This document shows, piece by piece, positions 30,484 to 40,520 of a stretch of DNA of 64,000 bases. The notes beneath the pieces were generated by a model. The model saw only the letters and a list, made by a program, of their open reading frames with translations, did no database searches and had not been told where the DNA came from. Positions within the stretch are counted from its first letter, which is position 1. Every line of letters starts with the position of its first letter. Source of the stretch: Candidatus Poribacteria bacterium (GTDB taxonomy: Bacteria; Poribacteria; WGA-4E; PCPOR2b); the NCBI GenBank assembly GCA_965208325.1, contig OZ242326.1:544001-608000 (forward strand), given 5' to 3'. The translations under genes and the position numbers were made by a program.

Positions 30484-31899
30484 ATGAGTCGAAACGACTT
30501 TTTCGTGTTTTGGGTCGTCATTTTGGTGCTTCCCTGCACGATTCAGGTTTATGGACAAGTTGAGTCAAGCGAAATCCAGCAAACCGAGAATGAATCCGCA
30601 CTATACGAATCACCGTCGGGATTGGAAGAGGCAACCCTCCAGCAAACTAACCTTTCCGGAGTTGGATTAACCGTCATCAACGAAGATCCGTTTTTCCGAA
30701 TGCAGTTGCAGCCGGAGGTCAACCTTGGCAAAATTGGGTTTGGGTTAGGTTTCGTGGTTTTGTACAATCCGAGCGCTGAAAATGACGAGGATAAAATCTT
30801 TACTGAAGATGCTGAGAACTGGGACAATCCCAGTTCCTATCTGCGAACCGTCCGGTATGTGCGTTTTGGACACCTCGGCGATTCGTTCTACACCCGATTC
30901 GGAGAATTGGATTACGTCACCATCGGGTATGGATTCATCATGTCCGGCTATTCCAACCACGATCGGCGTGGAATACGACTGAACCTAAGCAATGACACTA
31001 AGAAATACGGTGTAGAGACTGTCATAAACAACGTCCGCAATCCGACGGTGTTTGGTGGGCGGACATACATTCGTCCACTGCGGAAAGAGCATGAGTCGGC
31101 AATCCTTAACCGTCTGGAATTCGGGGGTACCTATCTTACTGATATTGACCCATCATGGGGCAATCAGAATGAAGATCCGCTCGTGGCGTTAGGTGTGGAT
31201 GTCGGACTCCCGATAATTCACAACAGGCTCATGCGGGTAAACTTGTACGATGAAGTTGCTTTCCTCAACACGAAACCGACTTCAGATTCGACCGGCACGA
31301 TTGAACTCGCAAGGGGAAACGCCATCGGGATCGGTTTATCGATTTTTCAAGCCTTGTTCAAAGTGGAGTATCGGACCTTTGGCGAGGCATTCCCTCCTAC
31401 CATTTTTGACTACACCTATGATGCGGCTAAGGCAAATGTACCAGATTTTCTAGGAATGGATCCAAACACCCAAATTGACGGGCCAGGACGCGGATTCTTC
31501 TCACTGCTAGCCTGGCGGCCGACCCCAATGGTACATCTGCTAGGCACCTTTGAAGATTACAATACGACCGAGCCGAAGTTATACATTGGCGTTACTGAAT
31601 CTGGCCTGGTAGATAAGATGTCGTTCCGAGCGTTTTATGTCAAGCGTAACATCGGCGGACCGGATTCAGGATACCCGGATGGCATCGGAAGCAAAGACCC
31701 GTTATTCTTCGAAGATCTGTTCCGCCTTGATGAAAAATCCGCGTTCACCGTGCGGATTGGGTATGAAGCATATGCACCCATTGAGGTAGCAGTAATCCGA
31801 GAGTTTCGGTTCCGGCAGGTGGAAAAACCTGATAAGAGTTTTGGCTTCGAGCCAATTCGGAAAACCACAGTCGAGGTAGGAGTGAATCTCAAATTCTAA
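30484..31899 (+). CDS. Probable outer-membrane beta-barrel protein of unknown function
   Basis: Signal peptide, alternating aromatic/Gly strands, IGYGFIM..Y.N motif and C-terminal VEVGVNLKF. Confidence 0.6.
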   Translation: MSRNDFFVFWVVILVLPCTIQVYGQVESSEIQQTENESALYESPSGLEEATLQQTNLSGVGLTVINEDPFFRMQLQPEVNLGKIGFGLGFVVLYNPSAENDEDKIFTEDAENWDNPSSYLRTVRYVRFGHLGDSFYTRFGELDYVTIGYGFIMSGYSNHDRRGIRLNLSNDTKKYGVETVINNVRNPTVFGGRTYIRPLRKEHESAILNRLEFGGTYLTDIDPSWGNQNEDPLVALGVDVGLPIIHNRLMRVNLYDEVAFLNTKPTSDSTGTIELARGNAIGIGLSIFQALFKVEYRTFGEAFPPTIFDYTYDAAKANVPDFLGMDPNTQIDGPGRGFFSLLAWRPTPMVHLLGTFEDYNTTEPKLYIGVTESGLVDKMSFRAFYVKRNIGGPDSGYPDGIGSKDPLFFEDLFRLDEKSAFTVRIGYEAYAPIEVAVIREFRFRQVEKPDKSFGFEPIRKTTVEVGVNLKF

Positions 31900-31994
31900 G
31901 CCGGAAGCGGGGGACAATTTGAAAGAAGGATTTACCCCTTATCAAAGTACATTCATCGCTGTTGGAGAAATGGACCGGAGCACAAATACGCGTG

Positions 31995-32732
31995 ATGAAT
32001 AGATGGTTAGAAAGCCTAATCACGTTTATCTACCCCGCAAAATGTCGGTGCTGCGAAATGCCTATGGGCGTTGGTGGCGTCCACTACATCTGCGACACCT
32101 GTTGGGAAAAAATTGAGTTTCTGTCAAGACCGTGGTGCGGAATCTGTGGCACACCGCTCAACTCTCGCGCATCAAATAATAACGATGTTTGCGCAGATTG
32201 TCGAAAGCAGCCGCCGTGGTATGGCAAACGCCGCGCCATCGCATTTTATGAACCCACTGTGCGTGGGGCTATCCATCTCTTCAAATACGAAAAGAAGCAA
32301 ATTCTGGCAAAACACTTGAATCAGTTAATTCAAGTGCATCTTCCCACGGATCTCTTCGCCGCCGACTATGATTTTTTAATCCCCATCCCTCTTCATACTC
32401 GTCGGCAACGCGATAGAGGATTTAACCAATCCGAACAGATTGCCCAGAGTGTTGCGGAGATCTGGAACGTGCCAGTCCGGGTGGATATCCTTTTTCGCAT
32501 TAAAGACACCGCACCGCAAAGCAGCATGAATTCTCGCGAGGAACGTATTGAAAACATCGCTGACGCCTTTGAAGTCCGCTCGATAGAAAGCATTACCAAT
32601 CAACGAATCTTGCTAGTCGATGACATCTATACAACAGGTACAACCGTAGACGAAGCGTCAAGGGTTCTCCTGATCGGGAACCCTACTGAAGTCGATATAT
32701 TGACGCTTGCCCGAACGAGACCGGCCAGATAA
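31995..32732 (+). CDS. comF: ComF family protein (Zn ribbon plus PRTase-like domain)
   Basis: Multiple CxxC, FKY, PIPLH..R...RGFNQS and ILLVDDIYTTGTT motifs. Confidence 0.9.
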   Translation: MNRWLESLITFIYPAKCRCCEMPMGVGGVHYICDTCWEKIEFLSRPWCGICGTPLNSRASNNNDVCADCRKQPPWYGKRRAIAFYEPTVRGAIHLFKYEKKQILAKHLNQLIQVHLPTDLFAADYDFLIPIPLHTRRQRDRGFNQSEQIAQSVAEIWNVPVRVDILFRIKDTAPQSSMNSREERIENIADAFEVRSIESITNQRILLVDDIYTTGTTVDEASRVLLIGNPTEVDILTLARTRPAR

Positions 32733-32751
32733 TAATTTTGGAGATTACAAG

Positions 32752-33459
32752 ATGAAACTTCTAATCACTTCTGCAGCTTCTGATTTAGGTCAATCATTAG
32801 CCGCAACTCTCTCCAGCAAATATCAGGTTCGCCTGACAGACCTGGTTGATGTCGAAACCGATCTCGAGTTCGTCCGCAGCGATCTCGGGCATGGTGAGGC
32901 GACTAACCAGCTAGTGCGGGGAATAGATACCATAATCCATTTAGCGGCGTTGTCCCCCGTCCTGCTTTCAGAATCATGCGATGCAGCAAATTTGGAAATA
33001 GACTTTTTGACGCGGTGCACCTACAACTTGCTGTTGGCTTCCGCTGCCGAGAATGTATCGCGAGTCATCTACGCGAGTACACTAGGTCTAATGGAGCAGT
33101 ATGATGCAGATTGGACGGTCACTGAATGCTGGCGTCCGCTTCCCACAACGGAGCCTTCCACTCTTTCAAAGCACCTCGGCGAATTCGTGTGCCGCGAATT
33201 TGCCCGCGAAGGATTAATCAACATCACTTGTCTTAGATTGGGTGCATTAGTCACCGAAGCCAAAGTCTCAAACCAACCATTTGACGCGGCATGGCTTGAA
33301 CTGAAAGACGCAGTCCACGTATTTGAGTGTGCGCTAAACGCGCCTGACGCAAAGTGGGAAATATTCCACGTCCAATCGGAATATCCAGATTCACGCTTTT
33401 CCATCCTCAAGGCGAAGGATTCCCTAAAATTCAATCCGCAGTTTTCTTTTGAAAGGTGA
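32752..33459 (+). CDS. NAD-dependent epimerase/dehydratase (SDR) family protein with degenerate motifs
   Basis: ITSAASDLG Rossmann-like start, IIHLAA, RVIYAST and CLRLG. The YxxxK position reads STLSK. ATG at 32752 with GGAG RBS. Confidence 0.75.
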   Translation: MKLLITSAASDLGQSLAATLSSKYQVRLTDLVDVETDLEFVRSDLGHGEATNQLVRGIDTIIHLAALSPVLLSESCDAANLEIDFLTRCTYNLLLASAAENVSRVIYASTLGLMEQYDADWTVTECWRPLPTTEPSTLSKHLGEFVCREFAREGLINITCLRLGALVTEAKVSNQPFDAAWLELKDAVHVFECALNAPDAKWEIFHVQSEYPDSRFSILKAKDSLKFNPQFSFER

Positions 33460-33462
33460 ACA

Positions 33463-34191
33463 ATGAAAGTACTAATTTTGGGCGGACACGGTTTTTTAGG
33501 CCCACATCTTGTGACGGCATTAGAGCGATATCACCATCTGCGCATCACAGATATCAAACCGATCGAAACCGAACATGAATCAATGCACGTTGACGTTGAA
33601 TCGCTGGATGAAGTTTTGAAAGCTGCGGAGGGGATGGACGCTATCATCAACTGTTCGGTTTTGCGTGAGGATCGCCAGCTCGCGTTTGATGTGAACACAC
33701 GCGGGTGCTACAACGCCATGTGCGCCGCAGTAAAACACGGCATTCGGAGAGTGATTAACACCGGTCCGCATTTTACGATCCAAGGAAGTTCTTACACGGA
33801 CTTCGACTACGAAATCAATCCGGATGTGCCTCCGCATCCGGGCACGCTCCTTTATGCAATCTCAAAGGGACTTGGGCAGGAGATTTGTAAAGTTTTCACA
33901 GAGAATCATGACATTCATGTGCTCTGTTTTCTTTTTCTAGCGTTCTATTCACATGATGTTGCGGGCGAAGGGACAGATATTAATGCGTTCTCTGTCTCGT
34001 GGCGAGATGCGGCAGAGATATTCAGGTTGGGATTGGAGATTGACCTTGCCGAACTTCCGTCGCGGTGCGAGGTATTCAATATCTTTAGCAATTTACCGCA
34101 TCGGCAATTCTCTAACGACAAAGCAAAACGGATTCTCGGTTTCAACCCGCAAGACAACTTTGAGAAGAAATGGCACAGGTATCGGGCATGA
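33463..34191 (+). CDS. NAD-dependent epimerase/dehydratase (uronate dehydrogenase-like SDR)
   Basis: GGHGFLG, DVNTRG.YN, YAISK and AKRILGFNP motifs. Confidence 0.82.
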   Translation: MKVLILGGHGFLGPHLVTALERYHHLRITDIKPIETEHESMHVDVESLDEVLKAAEGMDAIINCSVLREDRQLAFDVNTRGCYNAMCAAVKHGIRRVINTGPHFTIQGSSYTDFDYEINPDVPPHPGTLLYAISKGLGQEICKVFTENHDIHVLCFLFLAFYSHDVAGEGTDINAFSVSWRDAAEIFRLGLEIDLAELPSRCEVFNIFSNLPHRQFSNDKAKRILGFNPQDNFEKKWHRYRA

Positions 34192-34395
34192 TGAAAATTG
34201 CAAATACGAAACTCGCTTCGTGGCGCACAGGCACTTGGATTTCGGTTGTTGATAAAATCTTGGTTTTTTACTGCAATTTAGTTTGAATGCGGGTTTTAAT
34301 CCCAATGTCGCGCCTCACGTGCCGAGAACCATGACGGATCCTACAAACAAAATTGTTAATGCAATCGAATATAGCCGCGTGGTGTTACGCGCAAA

Positions 34396-35388
34396 TCACA
34401 CCGGAAACAACAATTGCTGATCGAAGAAAACCTTGCTGACAGATCGATGTTGGTGAATCCTCAAGATGGCTTCAGCGACCAGCGGAGCGATGGAAAGCAC
34501 CTTAATCTTCCCGTGTAGCTGTTTTTCTGCCGGAACAGGAATCGTATTGGTGACGACCACCTCTTGGATGCCGGGGTGACTTAGTCGTTCAAGTGCAGAA
34601 CCGACGAGTACGGGATGGGTAACGCTTATATATGAGGGATTAGCGCCCGCTTTGGATAGTGCTTCGACCTGTTTGTAAATCGTACCGCCAGTCGCAATTT
34701 CATCGTCAATAATTATGGGGGTTTTGCCCGCGACATCACCGACGAGTTCAACAAATTCAACCTGCTGACCGCCCACGCCGCTGCGCCGTTTGTGCATTAA
34801 GGCTAACGGTAGTTCGAGCATATCCATGTACTTTTCTGCTAACTTAGCGCGTCCAACGTCAGGAGAGGCAATAACTCCATTTTCGATATGCTTCTCTCTG
34901 AAATAGTTCACCAATATTGCGACAGCAGTTAAATGATCCATAGGAATATCGAAGAAACCTTGAATCTGCGATGCGTGTAGGTCCAGTGCCACGACACGAT
35001 TCGCGCCTGCGGTGGTCAATAGATCTGCAACCAACTTTGCGCTAATCGGTTCCCGCCCAGTGGTTTTGTGGTCCTGGCGGGCGTAACCAAAGTACGGAAT
35101 AACAGCGGTAATCTGTCTTGCAGATGCACGTTTCATTGCGTCGATGGTAAGGAGTAATTCCATCAAGTGGTCGTTAGCTGGTTCGCACGTTGGTTGAATG
35201 ACATAAATATCCGTACCGCGAATACTTTCTTCAATTTGGACGCTGGTCTCGCTGTTTGGGAATTGACGGATTGAAATCCTTCCAAGCTCAACGTCCAGAA
35301 TGGCAGCGACCTCCTTTGAAATCTCCGGATTCGCACGCCCTGAGAATAATCTGAAATCGCTGCCAACCCTTTCCATTTTCATGGACAT
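34396..35388 (-). CDS. prs: Ribose-phosphate pyrophosphokinase
   Basis: VIPYFGYARQD, DLHASQIQGFFDIP, SPDVG and IDDEIATGGT motifs. Confidence 0.96.
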   Translation of the reverse strand: MSMKMERVGSDFRLFSGRANPEISKEVAAILDVELGRISIRQFPNSETSVQIEESIRGTDIYVIQPTCEPANDHLMELLLTIDAMKRASARQITAVIPYFGYARQDHKTTGREPISAKLVADLLTTAGANRVVALDLHASQIQGFFDIPMDHLTAVAILVNYFREKHIENGVIASPDVGRAKLAEKYMDMLELPLALMHKRRSGVGGQQVEFVELVGDVAGKTPIIIDDEIATGGTIYKQVEALSKAGANPSYISVTHPVLVGSALERLSHPGIQEVVVTNTIPVPAEKQLHGKIKVLSIAPLVAEAILRIHQHRSVSKVFFDQQLLFPV

Positions 35389-35451
35389 ATTGCTATAACC
35401 TCCGTGATTTTTTCGTGCTTATCACATTGGAATGAGGCACACACCCAATGC

Positions 35452-35970
35452 CTAACCAATGTTCATTCTATGCGGTAATCCCCACTGAAGAACAATTTCA
35501 GGCGGGAAAACACATGATTCAATTTCGGAAATCAGATTTTGTAGCATATTCCTTGCCTTCTCTGCTACATCGCCCCGTATCCAATTGTGCAAAATCGCGT
35601 TCTCAAATTCATCTTCATCATGAAGTTGATATCTTCCATCCGGCGAAACCCACAAATCCAAAAATAAATCTGTAATTTCGAAATGCGTTTTTGTTCGATT
35701 CATCGGCATAATTATGTCACAGTAATAACCCGTGAGTTTATTGTCAAGATCATAAATCTTGCCAATGTCATACCATCGGTTGGCGAAGACAAACCAAATG
35801 GCGGTAAAGTCATTCCCAAGCACAGTCACTCCGTCAATCACGATTGGCTTTGAAGGGTTGACCTGCTGAAGGGTTACGATTAAGTCTTTGTCTTCATGAA
35901 GCAAGTCCTGTTGAAAATGGCTAACGCGATCCGGCAAACGTCTGTAGATTAGTTCGATAGTCTGCGTCAT
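35452..35970 (-). CDS. DUF402 (FomD-like) protein
   Basis: WYDI...Y, GYYCDI..P and DLFLDLWV.PDG....L.DEDEF motifs. Confidence 0.85.
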   Translation of the reverse strand: MTQTIELIYRRLPDRVSHFQQDLLHEDKDLIVTLQQVNPSKPIVIDGVTVLGNDFTAIWFVFANRWYDIGKIYDLDNKLTGYYCDIIMPMNRTKTHFEITDLFLDLWVSPDGRYQLHDEDEFENAILHNWIRGDVAEKARNMLQNLISEIESCVFPPEIVLQWGLPHRMNIG

Positions 35971-36588
35971 TTAAACTGTTGTTGCTCTCACGGCGTCAAT
36001 AAATGCCTTGATTTTGGCAGGATCTTTGCGGCCCGGGCTTATTTCAACGCCGCTGCTGACATCAACACCATACGGTCGCACCTGCAGAATCGCTGACGCA
36101 ATGTTTTCAGGATTTAGCCCCCCAGCCAAAATGATCCGACCATATTGTCTTGCCTTTACTGCTAGGTTCCAATCGAAAACTCTACCTGTGCCGCCCATTG
36201 CCCCTCTGACATAAGCATCCAATAAATACGCACTGACGCGAAAATCGCCCAAACGAGACAGGTTCGATTCGTCTTTAACACGGAATGCTTTGACAACTTT
36301 TCGTTTCAATGATAAGCATAATTCCGGCGACTCTTCACCGTGTAATTGTATCGCATCTAAAGAACAGTCGATTGCAACCTTATTAATTTCGCTCAATTCG
36401 GCGTTAACGAACAGTCCGACGGTTGTAATGAAGGGAGGTAAATCTTCGATAATTTCTGCCGCTTCATCGGGATGGAGATATCGGGGTGTGTTTGGGACAA
36501 ATATAAAACCGAGCGCATCTGCACCTGCCTCCACCGCAATCAATGCATCGACAAGGTTCGTTGTTCCACATATTTTGATGCGAGTCAA
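35971..36588 (-). CDS. trpF: Phosphoribosylanthranilate isomerase
   Basis: IKICG, GADALGF, QLHGEE, GGTG..FDW, LAGGL and GVDVSSGVE motifs. Confidence 0.96.
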   Translation of the reverse strand: MTRIKICGTTNLVDALIAVEAGADALGFIFVPNTPRYLHPDEAAEIIEDLPPFITTVGLFVNAELSEINKVAIDCSLDAIQLHGEESPELCLSLKRKVVKAFRVKDESNLSRLGDFRVSAYLLDAYVRGAMGGTGRVFDWNLAVKARQYGRIILAGGLNPENIASAILQVRPYGVDVSSGVEISPGRKDPAKIKAFIDAVRATTV

Positions 36589-36795
36589 CGTGCAATCCTC
36601 GGGTCTTATCGGTTTTCCTTTGTAATCTTATTGTAACAAATTGTCAAAGTATAGATCAAGCCATAAGTCATTCAAAGATTCAAACTTTAATTTAAAAAAA
36701 TCTGACATTTTTCTCGTTTGAATTGACTCCCCATTTCTAAACTCGTTAAAATTCTCAAGCTCATCTCAGTTGAATCTAACAAGATAAACTGTCAA

Positions 36796-37581
36796 CTACG
36801 AATGCGTTGAATTCGTTGTACTCGTTCTATGTTCAAAGTGTGTTTGTAGAGCGACGCTGCTAGACAAGATATGTTGAGTCATTGCTTGCTGTGCCTCTTC
36901 AGCATCCCTGTTTTGGAGCGTTAGGAGAATTTTCTGGTGCTCTCGAACCGACAAAATTGCGCGTCTTTCCGCTTTAGGAATTGGGGGTTCGGCTAGACTC
37001 CCTTTAATCCACGTTTGCAGGTAATTGCGTGTCATGTTTAGTAGGTTATAAAGTATCGAATTCTGTGTGGCTTGAGCAACCGTAAGGTGGAACTGCACAT
37101 CGAATCCTAAATATTTCTCGGGCTGCTGAATTGATGCTTCCATTCCCTTAAGCGTTAGCTCGATTTCGTCTATGTTCTCGGACGAAGCCCTTTGTGCAGC
37201 TAGAAATGCGGTTTGGGATTCCAACATCAGCCGAGTTTCAATCAAATCTTGGATTTTTTTTCGGTCGAGCAACAAACTCCACTGCAGGGCTTTTTCTAAA
37301 TACCGCTCGTTGTCGTTGGAGACAAAAGTGCCGTCACCAACTCGTCCGTCTAGTATTCCCATTACGGTAAGAGAACGCAGCGCTTCTCTTAACGAACTGC
37401 GCCCCACTCCAAATTGTCTACATAGCGCACGTTCAGAGGGAAGCCGGTCACCGGGTTTAAGCACATCTCTCGAAATCAGGTCGACAATTTGAGATACAAT
37501 TTCATCGCTAAGAGACGTACGAGCAATAGGACGCATCTCTTCCATGGCTGAGTTTATCGTGTTATGGTGTCTCATATTCAT
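36796..37581 (-). CDS. FadR-subfamily GntR transcriptional regulator
   Basis: LKPGDRLPSER.L...FGVGRSSLREAL, G.GTFV and an FCD domain (ETR..LE, D.QFH..V..A..N, EH..I). Confidence 0.92.
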   Translation of the reverse strand: MNMRHHNTINSAMEEMRPIARTSLSDEIVSQIVDLISRDVLKPGDRLPSERALCRQFGVGRSSLREALRSLTVMGILDGRVGDGTFVSNDNERYLEKALQWSLLLDRKKIQDLIETRLMLESQTAFLAAQRASSENIDEIELTLKGMEASIQQPEKYLGFDVQFHLTVAQATQNSILYNLLNMTRNYLQTWIKGSLAEPPIPKAERRAILSVREHQKILLTLQNRDAEEAQQAMTQHILSSSVALQTHFEHRTSTTNSTHS

Positions 37582-37662
37582 TCACACTGCCTCGTGTTTT
37601 CCATTTAACAATTCAATAATACCGTGCATGCAACCATAGTCAAATTGCACGAAAAAATTTGC

Positions 37663-37717
37663 TTTACAATTCTATGATTTTGCGATAAAATAACTAAAGG
37701 TCAGACCATCAGTTATT
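37663..37717 (+). promoter_or_regulatory. Promoter and FadR-type operator of the methyltransferase operon
   Basis: TTTACA(37663-68)-17 nt-TAAAAT(37686-91) overlaps the palindrome AATAACT-aaa-GGTC-a-GACC-atc-AGTTATT (37689-37717). The core GGTCAGACC matches the FadR/PdhR/LldR GGT-N3-ACC motif. Confidence 0.75.
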
Positions 37718-37808
37718 ATGCTTCTAACTTTCTCTGTTGTCAAGTAAATTACATTGTGAATGAACAGCCGAGAATGCGATTAAATCATTACCCGAGAGGA
37801 TTTAAACC

Positions 37809-38444
37809 ATGGGTGAGACGATCGATATTGGAAGGCGGATTGAATTGGTTCCGATGGATTCCCATTTTCAAGACATTACTATTGGCTTGTACAGCCAGGA
37901 ACAGGATGAGGGTCCCGCGTATTTAATTCATACATATAGTCGCCTGGACGGCACCGAGCAGCGCATTGCATTTGTGCGAAGGGCGATGAAAATTTTGGGA
38001 GGCTTGGAATGTACTCTTGATGGGTTGCTACGGTTTCCTTGTAAGGCAAAACATGAACTTGCTTGTAAACGCATTTTTCTGGAAGCATGCAAGCTCAACC
38101 CGGACAAGCCGATCACGCCGCGCCCTCTAAATACTCTCGACAAGAAGTCCGGTTTTACTATCACGGTTCTCAGTCTCGGAAACGGGGTTTATCAAATCAC
38201 GGCCGATGGCGAGGGGCGTCACAGAGCAAAGCGCATATCGGCTATTGGCGGAGGTTTAATTAAACTCGGGCAGATGGATGAAACAGGTGAAGATGCAGAT
38301 CGAGTGGCTTTTTCTTGTGGACACGTCCACGATGCCATGGTTGGACTATTACTGGTTCGTGCGCCGAATGTACGCGCCGTAATGCGGGAACAGCAGGCGG
38401 TTGCATCACGAGGGACGCTGTCAGCACCCAGCCAACAGGAATAG
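37809..38444 (+). CDS. Hypothetical protein with an internal two-fold repeat (F-x-C-x3-H)
   Basis: GAGGA RBS; first gene of the operon. Repeats end in LRFPCKAKH and VAFSCGHVH. Confidence 0.75.
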   Translation: MGETIDIGRRIELVPMDSHFQDITIGLYSQEQDEGPAYLIHTYSRLDGTEQRIAFVRRAMKILGGLECTLDGLLRFPCKAKHELACKRIFLEACKLNPDKPITPRPLNTLDKKSGFTITVLSLGNGVYQITADGEGRHRAKRISAIGGGLIKLGQMDETGEDADRVAFSCGHVHDAMVGLLLVRAPNVRAVMREQQAVASRGTLSAPSQQE

Positions 38445-38493
38445 TCTGAACGCAAGTAATGACTAGTCCTTTTTACGTTAGGAGAAAAACGAG

Positions 38494-39549
38494 ATGCAAA
38501 CTCAATCAATGACGAGTCGCCAACGTGTCCTTGCAGCGTTGCAAAGAGCACCGGTGGATCGGACGCCCATTTGCAATCCGACATCTGTGGCCACGGTGGA
38601 ATTGATGGACTTGGTAGATGCGCCGTTCCCTGAGGCAAACCGGCAGCCGGACCTGATGGCACGGCTAGCCGCGACTGGTTATACTGAGTTAGGATTCGAC
38701 ACGATTATGCCGGTTTTCACTATTATTCAAGAGTCTTCCGCACTCGGTTGCAAGATTCAATGGGAACAAAAGGATAACTGGCCCACTGTGAAAATGCGAG
38801 AACCGATTTGGGAAGACGTTGAGGACATCAAAATTCCGCCCAATCTCATAACTCACCAAGATACTCGCTGCGTGACCGATGCGATCCAAATCCTCAAAAA
38901 GGAGTACGGCGAAGAAGTCGCTGTGATCGGCAAGACGATGGGACCCTGGTCGCTCGGATACCACTGTTTCGGGGTCGAGCCTTTTCTGCTGTTGTCCTTA
39001 GACGATCCGGAAAAAACGAAACTCGCGCTGGATAAGATGAAAGAAATCACGATAGCGTTTGGGTTAGCACAGATTGAAGCCGGGGCGGATGCGCTAACCT
39101 TGCCCGATCACGCAACTGGGGATTTGGTCAGCGGCGAGTATTATCAGCGGTACTTGCGGGATCTTCACATTGAGTTTGCCGAACGCCTTCCAATCCCGCT
39201 AATTCTACATATTTGCGGGCGCACGGTCGACCGTATGGAGTACATCGCACAAACTGGTTTCGCAGCTTTCCATTACGACTCCAAGAATGCCCCGGATGAG
39301 TCCATGGCAGTGATGCAGAAGCGAATTGCCCTAGTCGGGAATATCAACAATCCCGAAACGTTGTTTGCAAAAGGCCCTGAGGAAGTGCGCCAGGAAGTCT
39401 ACAAAAATCTTGATGCAGGTGTCGAACTTGTAGGTCCTGAATGTGCGATTCCGCTGCAAACTTCGATTGAAAACCTAAAAGAGATTCCCGCGGCCGTCAA
39501 TGATTGGCACCGGCAAAATGCGAGTTTGATTCAAGAAGAATATATTTGA
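38494..39549 (+). CDS. MtaA/CmuA-family (UroD-fold) corrinoid methyltransferase
   Basis: MTSRQRVLAAL....VDR.P, ESSALGC, GPWSL, Zn ligands LHICG and GPECAIP, and LVGNI motifs. Confidence 0.88.
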   Translation: MQTQSMTSRQRVLAALQRAPVDRTPICNPTSVATVELMDLVDAPFPEANRQPDLMARLAATGYTELGFDTIMPVFTIIQESSALGCKIQWEQKDNWPTVKMREPIWEDVEDIKIPPNLITHQDTRCVTDAIQILKKEYGEEVAVIGKTMGPWSLGYHCFGVEPFLLLSLDDPEKTKLALDKMKEITIAFGLAQIEAGADALTLPDHATGDLVSGEYYQRYLRDLHIEFAERLPIPLILHICGRTVDRMEYIAQTGFAAFHYDSKNAPDESMAVMQKRIALVGNINNPETLFAKGPEEVRQEVYKNLDAGVELVGPECAIPLQTSIENLKEIPAAVNDWHRQNASLIQEEYI

Positions 39550-39567
39550 AACTTAAAGAGACATACT

Positions 39568-40332
39568 ATGCCTGAAATTACCGACATCGTAAATGATTTC
39601 ATTAGGGATGAAATCGAAGAATACATTGAACGTGCCGATGAACGTACGCGCACTATCAATATATTGGCGCAAGCAAGTCCCGCGATGCAAGCAATTGCTG
39701 CCGCACTTGTTGACGGGGACCACCATACCGTGGATCGATTAACAAAAGAGGCTTTGCACGCGGGTACGGAGGCTTTGGAGATTATGGACGATGGCCTCAT
39801 CGCTGGGATGGGAATTGTTGGAATAAAGTTTCGAGAAAATTTCATTTTCGTCCCGGAAGTCCTCGCTTGTGCGCGCGCAATGAAGGCCGGCATGGCGTAT
39901 ATCGAACCGATACTGTCCGCGTCGGGGATTGAGCCAATTGGTACCGTTATCATGGGGACAGTGAAAGGAGATCTGCACGATATTGGCAAAAATTTATGCA
40001 TCATGATGCTTCGCGGCGCAGGATTCGTTGTACACGATTTGGGCGTCGATACTTCAGACGACGAGTTTATTGATGCCGTGGAAGAACACGGTGCGCCGGT
40101 GCTAGGAATGTCGGCACTCTTGACTACGACGATGCCCAACATGGGTAAGACGATTGAAGCTTTCATTGATGAAGATCTCCGCGAAGATGTCAAAATCATG
40201 GTCGGTGGGGCGCCCGTAACCCAAGAGTTTGCCGATGATATGGGTGCGGACGGATATGGGAAGGACGCACTTGCGTGCGTGGCGCTTGCCAAGCAACTGT
40301 TTGTAGAACTTAGAGACGAAGGAAGGCTATAA
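39568..40332 (+). CDS. Corrinoid (cobalamin-binding) protein
   Basis: Cap domain (GLIAGM..VG..F....FVPEV...ARAM), GTVKGDLHDIGKN, MSALLTTTM and VGGAPV motifs. Confidence 0.93.
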   Translation: MPEITDIVNDFIRDEIEEYIERADERTRTINILAQASPAMQAIAAALVDGDHHTVDRLTKEALHAGTEALEIMDDGLIAGMGIVGIKFRENFIFVPEVLACARAMKAGMAYIEPILSASGIEPIGTVIMGTVKGDLHDIGKNLCIMMLRGAGFVVHDLGVDTSDDEFIDAVEEHGAPVLGMSALLTTTMPNMGKTIEAFIDEDLREDVKIMVGGAPVTQEFADDMGADGYGKDALACVALAKQLFVELRDEGRL

Positions 40333-40520
40333 ACGGTTTTACACCAGTCTTGCTTTATGCTCCCACCGTGCTATTCTGATGAAGTAACTAAGCAAAAATT
40401 AGCCAAACAAGTGAATTAGCACATTGTTGGCCTTAATCGCTAATCGGCGAAGTTCTTGAGCTGATATTTTGTCACTGCCAAGATTCACGTCTGTGTGTTG
40501 AATTTGCGGAAAGGTTTAAC

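Noticed and set aside
39531..40292. 253-aa minus-strand ORF
   Set aside because: It is the antisense shadow of the corrinoid protein gene.
37582..40520. Cobalamin or SAM riboswitch in the intergenic gaps of the corrinoid operon
   Set aside because: I found no B12-box or SAM-I core by eye. The FadR operator accounts for the upstream palindrome.
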